Positions 27,923 through 34,870 of a stretch of 34,870 bases of DNA are shown here, in pieces. Origin of the DNA: Bdellovibrio sp. (GTDB lineage: Bacteria > Bdellovibrionota > Bdellovibrionia > Bdellovibrionales > Bdellovibrionaceae); the NCBI GenBank assembly GCA_046318155.1, contig JBKCUU010000114.1, forward strand, positions 1-34,870, in the 5' to 3' direction. Numbering within the stretch: position 1 is the first letter of the stretch; each line of letters opens with the position of its first letter. The notes beneath the pieces were generated by a model. That model saw only the letters and a program-made list of their open reading frames with translations. It was not told the DNA's origin and did no database searches. A program made the position numbers and the translations under genes.

Positions 27923-28624
27923 TCATGGGCAGGCGCCGCCTTCATTTTGGAGGTTGGTGCCGATGGTGGCGGGGTCTGTTGTGCCGTTTGTGATAGAAGC
28001 AAATTCGGCGCAGACGGAGCTGCTTTGTTGAGAGGATCCCAAGCAGCTTTGTTGGTAAGCGGCGAGCGCGGCTGCGCCGATCACCGCGGGCGAGGCCTCA
28101 CAAATCGCTTCTTTCGCTGAAGCTTGGCAGGTCGTCTCATTATAGCCGGGAAGTTCAGGATTGCAGTCGTTAACCAATTGCTCTTGGTCGGCTAAGGCGG
28201 TCGAAGCCACGGTCGCGATTTGGGCCATCGACGCCAAGAGATGCATCCCTTTTGATTTGGCTTTCGCGCAGTAATCCATGGTGGACGCCGACAAGGCGGC
28301 TCTTGCGCTTGGATCTGCTGGTTTTGAGAAGGCAAGCAGGCCGATCGCCGCGAGTGGGGAGGCATTTTCGGCCTTCATTTGTTCGGCGATATTTGAGAGG
28401 CGCGTTGGGCTCGTGAACTCTTGGTAGATAAAGTTCGCTGAGCAGCGGATCAAGTAAGCGCCTTCGGATTCAAGGCCTTCTACTTTTTGCATGCATTCAA
28501 GTGCCGTCGTTGGGGTCGACGTGTCGAGACAATCTTGCGCCTCAGAAATCGAGTCGATTTCTTTTTTTTGACAACTCAGGGTCGTCAAAGCTGCAAGTAT
28601 GAGGACTGCTGACTTTATGTTCAT
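27923..28624 (-). CDS. Cys-rich alpha-helical hypothetical lipoprotein
   Basis: GGGAG RBS; lipobox TLSC; ten additional Cys; Ala-rich. Confidence 0.82.
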   Translation of the reverse strand: MNIKSAVLILAALTTLSCQKKEIDSISEAQDCLDTSTPTTALECMQKVEGLESEGAYLIRCSANFIYQEFTSPTRLSNIAEQMKAENASPLAAIGLLAFSKPADPSARAALSASTMDYCAKAKSKGMHLLASMAQIATVASTALADQEQLVNDCNPELPGYNETTCQASAKEAICEASPAVIGAAALAAYQQSCLGSSQQSSSVCAEFASITNGTTDPATIGTNLQNEGGACP

Positions 28625-28736
28625 GAACTCTCCCGAAACTTCACTCTCCTATCGTAGTTTAAACGATTTTTCGCGAGTCTGGGCGGCCCGGATTTGTCCT
28701 GGACCGAAACTTAGGTCGAGCTTTGTCTCGAATGTC

Positions 28737-28763
28737 TCAAGTCGGTACAGATTCTTCCGAAAA
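28737..28763 (+). promoter_or_regulatory. Putative sigma28 (FliA) promoter for barrel 2-lipoprotein-barrel 3
   Basis: TCAA (28737-28740)-N15-TCCGAAAA (28756-28763), about 30 nt upstream of ATG 28795. Confidence 0.45.
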
Positions 28764-28794
28764 AGAGACGAGGCGTCCACGAAGGATGAATACC

Positions 28795-29871
28795 ATGAAG
28801 TATGGAAGCTTAACTCTGATTCTCATCTTATTATGCGCGGTCGCCCGGTCAGCAGATGCAGGCGAAGTGCGCGAGTTCTACAACGGGGTTCGCGCTCTTG
28901 GCATGGGCGGAGCTTCGATTGCGGTCGTCAACGATGAGACCGCTCTTCTCTCAAACCCCGCCGGCCTGGGTAAAGTTCGGGATTTTTACGGCACCATTCT
29001 GGATCCCGAACTTGATGGCTCTTCAAGTATCACCAATGCCTATTATTCTAAACCTTTCGGTTCACCCTTTGAGCCTGCAGAAGTGCAAAAGACCATGGAT
29101 TTGCAGCGTGAGTCCTACTACCACGCCAATGCACAATTGTTTCCTTCGATCGTTGTTCGCAACTTTGGAATCGGGATTTTTGGACGAAATTTACTCGACG
29201 CAACCGTGGATGCCTCTGGCGCCAATATGAAAACCTATTACTTGAGTGATGTTTCAATCGTGCTCGGGTACAACCTGCGTCTTTGGGATGGCCGTATAAA
29301 ACTGGGAGTCACGGGTAAAGCGATCTCGCGAATCGAGATTGACAAAAATTTGCCCACAACCGGTGACTTGAGTATTTCAGGAAACGCCTCTGAGGGGGCG
29401 GCATTGGGCGCCGATGTCGGTTTAATCTTAACTGCACCTTGGACGTGGCTCCCGACTTTGTCAGCTGTTGTTCGCGACGTCGGTGGAACCAACTTCGAAG
29501 CGGGTGCAGGTTTGCGTATGAGCACGACGGATCGCCCGCAAAGAATCGAGCAAGATATTGATGTGGCCTTGGCGCTTTTTCCCATCCACAGCAACGACTA
29601 CCGCTCGAGCTTCACGATTGAATATCAAAAAATGAAGTCGGCGGGTGAGGCCACGGACAAGACTCGCTATGCTCACATGGGTTACGAGCTCAATATGCAT
29701 GACATTTTTTTTCTTCGTGCCGGAATGAACCAGCGCTATTGGACGGCAGGTCTGGAGTTGTCTTCTGAACACACTCAGCTGCAAATCGCGTCGTACGGAG
29801 AAGACGTTGGCCCCGATAACGCCCCAAAAGAAGACAGACGCTACGTTGTTAAGTTCGCGATCCGGTTCTAA
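28795..29871 (+). CDS. FadL/TraF/PorV-like outer-membrane barrel, paralog 2
   Basis: AAGGA RBS; signal ending ADA; GVRALGMGGASIAVVNDETALLSNPAGL; GADVGLIL; LRAGMNQRYWTAG; SYGEDVG...EDRRY; terminal Phe. Confidence 0.8.
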   Translation: MKYGSLTLILILLCAVARSADAGEVREFYNGVRALGMGGASIAVVNDETALLSNPAGLGKVRDFYGTILDPELDGSSSITNAYYSKPFGSPFEPAEVQKTMDLQRESYYHANAQLFPSIVVRNFGIGIFGRNLLDATVDASGANMKTYYLSDVSIVLGYNLRLWDGRIKLGVTGKAISRIEIDKNLPTTGDLSISGNASEGAALGADVGLILTAPWTWLPTLSAVVRDVGGTNFEAGAGLRMSTTDRPQRIEQDIDVALALFPIHSNDYRSSFTIEYQKMKSAGEATDKTRYAHMGYELNMHDIFFLRAGMNQRYWTAGLELSSEHTQLQIASYGEDVGPDNAPKEDRRYVVKFAIRF

Positions 29872-29938
29872 ACAGATTTGTTTGAGACAATGAAGCGAGG
29901 CCAAAGATGGTCAGCAGAAGAGGCAGGGAGGAGCAGAG

Positions 29939-30790
29939 ATGAGAAATCGAAAAAGAGCGTTGATTGCATCCCTTGCAATGATCGTCTTTTTATCCGCATG
30001 CTCGAATGTATTTGAGGCCGCATCGAATAAAACCTCGGATGAGGCTCTGTACGAAGACGCGGTGAAGCTTTTGGACGACGGTCAATACCAGGCGTCTCTG
30101 GCTAAATTTGATTTGTTAAGCCCGGAGTTTGCGACCTCGACACCCGTTCGCCAAAATTGGGCCGGCGCACTTGCAGGTCACTGCGGACTCAATTTTGTTC
30201 AATACTTAGACTCTCTCGGCGAGGACCTGACAGGCTCGCCCACTTTTTTTGAATATTTGGCTAGCGCCTGGGATGGCCTCGAGGTTCACCCCGAATCTTG
30301 CACTCTCGCCGAACAAAAGATCAAAGAAATTTGGACAGGTAGTGCACCGACCGCCTCCCAGCAATTGTTTATGGCGATCTTGTCTTTAGCAAAAATGGGC
30401 ACGATCGTTCGCAACACATCAGATAATAATGAGAGCTCCGGCACTGGCAATGGAACTATCGATGCCGAATTCGATGCCTGTAATGACGCCAATCCCAACG
30501 ATGCGAATCAAATCAGCGATGCTCAAGTTGCCGAACTTGTGACGGGCCTCTCTTTGTTTTTGCAAAATATCACCGGTTTCACCGCTCAGCTTTCGGGCGA
30601 TGTTTCGAATCTAAAAACGGCACTCGAGGCGGGCTGCACTTTAATGACGCCCAATCCGTGCACGACGACAGAGGCGGCGAACGTCTCCCAAGCCATGATT
30701 CATTCAACAAGACGGATTTTAGATTACCCCGTCATCGGAGTGGGCTCTTGCGCCCAGATAGACCCTAACCTGTGTTGCCCAGGACTGTAA
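29939..30790 (+). CDS. Cys-rich lipoprotein with N-terminal TPR-like helix pair
   Basis: GGAGGAG RBS; lipobox LSAC; DEALYEDAVKLLDDGQYQASLAKF is TPR-like; eight additional Cys. TAATG coupling to the next barrel. Confidence 0.82.
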   Translation: MRNRKRALIASLAMIVFLSACSNVFEAASNKTSDEALYEDAVKLLDDGQYQASLAKFDLLSPEFATSTPVRQNWAGALAGHCGLNFVQYLDSLGEDLTGSPTFFEYLASAWDGLEVHPESCTLAEQKIKEIWTGSAPTASQQLFMAILSLAKMGTIVRNTSDNNESSGTGNGTIDAEFDACNDANPNDANQISDAQVAELVTGLSLFLQNITGFTAQLSGDVSNLKTALEAGCTLMTPNPCTTTEAANVSQAMIHSTRRILDYPVIGVGSCAQIDPNLCCPGL

Positions 30791-31899
30791 TGATTTTGAA
30801 ATGGGTCGTTTTCTTTTTAACTGCTTTCATCTCAGCCGCGCAAGCGGGTGAGCTGTTGCAATTCGGAGAGACGCCAAGATCCTTTGGCATGGGTGGTGTT
30901 CGTATTGGTGGCAATCCCCATGATGCTCATGCATTCTTGTGGAACCCGGCCAACTTGTCCTACGGCAAGGGCATGAATTGGGATTTTTTTGGTGTCGGTT
31001 TTGGAGTCAACGGCTATAACAAGTACGACCGCTTTAAGGATTTTGAATTCGAGGGTCTTGAGAGTTTGGACGAGCTTTACGGTGAGCATCTTTGGGTCGG
31101 GTTTCAGGGGTACTCGGCGTTTACGCTGCCTTACTTTGGCGTCGCGGTTTATGATCAAGGCTATCTCGACGCGATTGCGCACAATCCGGCCTTTCCGGTC
31201 CTCGATATGACATTCTTGCACGATTACGCCCTCGCGGTGGGCCTGTCGATTCCGATCGGGCCTGAAGGCAGTTTTGGTGTAACGGGCAAGCGAATCACCC
31301 GTCGGGGTGGACCTTTGCAGTTGGGCGCGAGTATCCTCGACAATCTCGACAACAATACTCTCTTGGACCAATTTGAGAATGAAGGTGTCGGGTACGGTCT
31401 CGATGCGGGATTGATGTATAAATCTGCAGGCCCCTTGCATCCGACGGCTTCATTGGCTTGGCAAGATGTCGGCGCAACAGCCTTTACGCGAACCAAGGGA
31501 ACGTCCGCGCCCGAGCGGATCAAAGATAACATCACGCTTGGCTTAACCTTTGAACAAGACATTTCACTGGCGGGAATTGCGGGGGGAATCGAGTACCGCC
31601 ATATCAATGATGTCAACGAACAACTGGGCAAAAAGATTCACCTGGGTCTTGAGGTGAGTTTAGCGATGATTGACCTCCGTGTCGGTTTTTATCAGGGCTA
31701 TACCACCTATGGTGTCGGTCTCGACCTGTGGCTTTTACAATTTGATGCGGCGATGTACACGGTTGAAAGAGGCGCTTACCCAGGACAGACTCCTGACAAC
31801 CGTATTCAGTTGGGAATTGGGATGAACTTTAGCTTTGATCCTGATTTTAAGTTGACGGATAGTTCGGGCAAAAAGCGCCGCCTCAAACAGCGGCGTTAA
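30790..31899 (+). CDS. FadL/TraF/PorV-like outer-membrane barrel, paralog 3
   Basis: ATG overlaps the upstream TAA; signal ending AQA; TPRSFGMGGV...AFLWNPANL; GYGLDAGLMY; LRVGFYQGYTTYG; YTVERG...DNR. Confidence 0.8.
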   Translation: MILKWVVFFLTAFISAAQAGELLQFGETPRSFGMGGVRIGGNPHDAHAFLWNPANLSYGKGMNWDFFGVGFGVNGYNKYDRFKDFEFEGLESLDELYGEHLWVGFQGYSAFTLPYFGVAVYDQGYLDAIAHNPAFPVLDMTFLHDYALAVGLSIPIGPEGSFGVTGKRITRRGGPLQLGASILDNLDNNTLLDQFENEGVGYGLDAGLMYKSAGPLHPTASLAWQDVGATAFTRTKGTSAPERIKDNITLGLTFEQDISLAGIAGGIEYRHINDVNEQLGKKIHLGLEVSLAMIDLRVGFYQGYTTYGVGLDLWLLQFDAAMYTVERGAYPGQTPDNRIQLGIGMNFSFDPDFKLTDSSGKKRRLKQRR

Positions 31900-33179
31900 A
31901 TGTGCTTAGTGACCGCTTGCTCTTTGGGCTCGATCACAAAACAAAGCAGGGAGCCGCCAGCAACCAAAAGTACCAACGTCCCGAGCCAACCCATGCGATG
32001 ATCGTTAAAGGCCCAAGTGCCCCAACCCACCAAGAGCGGGCCTAAGATCGCCGCAAACTTTCCGATCAAATTGAAAAAGCCAAAGTACTCGCCACTTTTC
32101 TCAACGGGCGACATTTTTGAAAAGAGCGAACGGCTGAGAGCCTGAACGCCTCCTTGGACAAGTCCGATGACGCAAGCCAAGGTGTAGAAGTGCCAAACTT
32201 CGCTCATCCGCATGGCACCAATGACGGCCACACCGTAAATCAACAAGCAACAAATAATCGGACCCCGCGAGCCAAAACGATGCGCGAGTTTTGAAACAAC
32301 TAAAGTGGCCGGAAACCCAACAAATTGAACAATCAAAAGTGCGGCGATCAGATCTGCGGATTTAAAGCCCACCGAGATGCCGTAATCAACCGCCATGTTC
32401 ATGATCGTGTAAACGCCATCGATGTAAAGCCAGTAGGCTGCAATAAAGATCATCAGGTTGCGTTGCAGACGCAGCTCTTTAAATGTGCCCAAGAGTTGGC
32501 GTGTCGATCCTCGAATAGCAGCACTCCACGAAGCCGGAGCGTCCTCAGTTCTGGGCTCGGGAACATTTCTAAAAAGCGGAATCGAAAACAAAATCCACCA
32601 AATGCCGACTGTGACAAACGAAAGCTTCACCGCCGTCATGGCGTCGGGAATACCAAACCAATCGGGGTGCAAGAACATCAAAACATTTAAAGTAAACAGG
32701 AGGCCTCCACCTAAGTAGCCCATCGAAAAGCCCAAAGAACTGGCATGAATCGACTCTTGCCCCGGGGCCAAAGATGGAAGCAGCGAATCGTAAAACGTCG
32801 AACTCGCATTAAAGCCAATCATCGCCAGACCAAAAAGCAAGGCCGCCCAAGTCCATCCGCCCACGCCGACAAAAGCAAGTCCGATGCTGCACGCCACACT
32901 CAACATCATAAAAGCGAAGGTAAAAACTTTTTTGTTTCCGCGCAAATCGGCCAAAGCGCCGATAAAGGGACTCATGATCGCAATGATCAAGCTCCCGACC
33001 GAAATCAAAGTGCCGAGGCGTGCGGTCGTCACAGCCGAGTCGGTCCCGACACTCCAGTACTCTTTAAAGAAAACGGGAAAGAAGCCAGCCATAATGGTGG
33101 TCGAAAACGCGCTGTTCGCAAAATCGTAAAGCGCCCAGCTCCAAATTTTTCGGTCGGTTTTGAGGACCTTGAGTTCCAT
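31896..33179 (-). CDS. MFS transporter (UMF1/ATG22-like)
   Basis: Motifs WALYDFANSAF, SPFIGALAD, FYDSLLP, GYLGG, QALSRS, EYFGFF and GKFAAILGP; about 12 TM. Start ATG 33179. Confidence 0.9.
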   Translation of the reverse strand: MELKVLKTDRKIWSWALYDFANSAFSTTIMAGFFPVFFKEYWSVGTDSAVTTARLGTLISVGSLIIAIMSPFIGALADLRGNKKVFTFAFMMLSVACSIGLAFVGVGGWTWAALLFGLAMIGFNASSTFYDSLLPSLAPGQESIHASSLGFSMGYLGGGLLFTLNVLMFLHPDWFGIPDAMTAVKLSFVTVGIWWILFSIPLFRNVPEPRTEDAPASWSAAIRGSTRQLLGTFKELRLQRNLMIFIAAYWLYIDGVYTIMNMAVDYGISVGFKSADLIAALLIVQFVGFPATLVVSKLAHRFGSRGPIICCLLIYGVAVIGAMRMSEVWHFYTLACVIGLVQGGVQALSRSLFSKMSPVEKSGEYFGFFNLIGKFAAILGPLLVGWGTWAFNDHRMGWLGTLVLLVAGGSLLCFVIEPKEQAVTKHI

Positions 33180-33230
33180 GCAGGTATTCAAACATTGACT
33201 CGGAGGCCCTGGCAAGACAAGGGTGGGGAG

Positions 33231-34870
33231 ATGCTTCAGGTCGTTCGAATCTCTCACCCCACGGATAAGCAACAGTGGTTGGACAAATTTCTACCCGAGA
33301 CCGAGTCTTGGCTCGTTTCGGACCTACGCTCGAAGTCTGAAATCCAGCAACAACTTTTGCAAACCAAGCCTGGATATGAGGATTGGACCATCTACCGTGC
33401 CAGCGAGCTCTGGCGCCTGCTTTTGCGAAGGGCCCGCCCCGAGCTTCAGCTCTTGCCCCGCGATTTTGCCTTAAGTTGGCTGACGGATGTTTTGCGCCGA
33501 GATCGAAAAACTTCACAGAATCGACTCATCCAGCCGCAGTCCGCAAAAACATTGTTAGGCGTCATGGATTTGTTTGCGCCTCTTTTTTCTCACCCGGATG
33601 GCAAGCAAATCTTGAGCGATTTTTTTGCCGCGGAGCCCATCGCAGCCGAGCGCTTTGGCGTTTGGGCGACGCTGGCGCAATTTTACTTTGCTCAGTTCGC
33701 CCAGCAAAATTGGACCCTGCCGTCTTGGGTGCCCGCGCTTTTATCAAATGAAGATCGTCTCACCGAGCTTTGGGATCGGCCGTTGTGGGTTGATCTCGGT
33801 GCGGAGCTCAGACAAAGCGAAGTTGAAATCCTTAAGCGTCTCGCCTCGGTTGTTTCGGTCACGGTTCTGGTTCCCGAAATTGCGAATCAAGACAGGTATC
33901 GGTTTTTGCTTGAGCCTTCGCTCCTCTTGGCGCGTGATTACAAATCACAGAAGTCAGTGGATCGGGTCCGCACTGGGGTTTTGAATCAAACCGCTTTGCG
34001 GTTTTCGAGTCCGCTTGCCGAGGTGAAGCATGTCGTGGCTGAAGTGCGCAAGTGGGCAGACCAGGGAACTGCACTTGCGGAAGTGGCGGTGATCGCGCCT
34101 GATATCGAGGCTTACTGGCCTTTGCTTGAGCCCTTTTTGGAGTTTGAAGGCTTGTCGGTGCAAAAAGATTCGGTCTCGCGTCTTCAGTCGTGGCCCAGCG
34201 TGGGCAAGTTTTTGGCGCGTCTTCGTCTTCGCGCCGGCAAAGTCAGTTTTGCGGACTCGGAGCAAGGGCTGTTTGAGAGCGGCCTAGGCGTTCGGTTCGA
34301 AAAATTTCAGGCCTTCTTTCGGCAAGCTTTGGCGCTTGAAGATTTGCAAAGAGAAAAATCATTACAAGGATTTTTTTTGATGGGCTTGGCCCCTCGTGAG
34401 GCTGTCAATCTTGAAGAGTTCATGAGCTGGGCCGCTCGCGATTGGCCCGACGAGAGCAATTGGGCCGGCTTCGAGCTATTTCTGAAAGATCTTCTCTTGA
34501 TAGTCCCAGTTGAAATCAAAATGCAAGTCGATGCTTGGATCTCGTATCTCGAAAGTCTATCGGCAAAAAAAGAGATCCGAATCAAATCAGGAATGCGAAC
34601 GGGTCTTAGTCTGCTCAATTTGATGGAAGCCGAAGGGACACACTTTAAAAAGCGGATCTTTTTAGGCTTAGCCGAATCCAACTTTAAGAAAAAAACCAAC
34701 CCCCTTTTGTCTACCCGTGATTTGCAACGCTTGGGCTGGGACTTTGGTTTTTTCTTAGACCATCCCGAGCAAAACATTCTGAACTTTGAACTCGAATGGG
34801 CTTTGTTGATCGAGTCCGAAGAAACTCATCTCTGCTTTCCGGCCACGGGCTTCTCGAATCAGGCCGAAGC
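33231..34870 (+). CDS. AddB/RexB/RecC-like recombination nuclease subunit, 5' part (runs off the window)
   Basis: Not in the ORF track because no stop occurs before the window end. Translates MLQVVRISHPTDKQQWLDKFLPETESWLVSDLRSKSEIQ..., and in the same frame LRFSSPLAEVKHVVAEVRKWADQGTALAEVAVIAPDIEAYWPLL, matching the AddB/RecC-type 'E(V)...IAVxxPDxxxY' motif. Confidence 0.7.
   Translation, partial: MLQVVRISHPTDKQQWLDKFLPETESWLVSDLRSKSEIQQQLLQTKPGYEDWTIYRASELWRLLLRRARPELQLLPRDFALSWLTDVLRRDRKTSQNRLIQPQSAKTLLGVMDLFAPLFSHPDGKQILSDFFAAEPIAAERFGVWATLAQFYFAQFAQQNWTLPSWVPALLSNEDRLTELWDRPLWVDLGAELRQSEVEILKRLASVVSVTVLVPEIANQDRYRFLLEPSLLLARDYKSQKSVDRVRTGVLNQTALRFSSPLAEVKHVVAEVRKWADQGTALAEVAVIAPDIEAYWPLLEPFLEFEGLSVQKDSVSRLQSWPSVGKFLARLRLRAGKVSFADSEQGLFESGLGVRFEKFQAFFRQALALEDLQREKSLQGFFLMGLAPREAVNLEEFMSWAARDWPDESNWAGFELFLKDLLLIVPVEIKMQVDAWISYLESLSAKKEIRIKSGMRTGLSLLNLMEAEGTHFKKRIFLGLAESNFKKKTNPLLSTRDLQRLGWDFGFFLDHPEQNILNFELEWALLIESEETHLCFPATGFSNQAE

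Noticed and set aside
8140..29890. GAGACAA/TTGTCTC heptamer in several intergenic regions (8140, 20019, 28723, 29884)
   Set aside because: Too short, also present in coding DNA and in inconsistent positions; significance cannot be shown without genome-wide counts.
26675..31899. Conjugation (TraF) or type IX secretion (PorV) interpretation of the barrels
   Set aside because: No relaxase, T4SS, integrase or T9SS genes in the window; flanks are housekeeping genes, so the family label does not imply those functions.

Overview
Chromosomal, mostly core-genome window from a Gram-negative bacterium. Gene order and protein style suggest Bdellovibrionota or a related deltaproteobacterial lineage; this is inference, not a database result. 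Positions 1-14.3 kb hold the distal dcw cluster: murE 3' end, murF, mraY, murD, a small lipoprotein, ftsW, murG, murC, an inserted DMT transporter and small ORF, murB, ftsQ, ftsA, ftsZ and an lpxH-like gene. There is no ddl or lpxC at their usual positions. Next come a minus-strand M3 peptidase-nadK-recN operon, a Cys/Tyr/Gln-rich lipoprotein, a DUF4440-like protein, a putative outer-membrane barrel, a long-chain acyl-CoA ligase, a membrane Ser/Thr kinase with a PEGA-like domain, and coaE. The most striking locus (25.9-31.9 kb) has three paralogous FadL/TraF/PorV-like beta-barrel genes interleaved with two disulfide-rich lipoproteins, plus a further small barrel and a sigma28-like promoter. 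The window ends with an MFS transporter and the 5' part of an AddB/RecC-like gene that the ORF track misses. Notable non-coding features are a perfect 50-bp palindrome with a 30-bp exact half-copy 12.4 kb away, a structured element between lpxH and recN, sigma54- and sigma28-like promoters, and several apparently leaderless genes. No rRNA, tRNA, CRISPR array or transposase was recognised.
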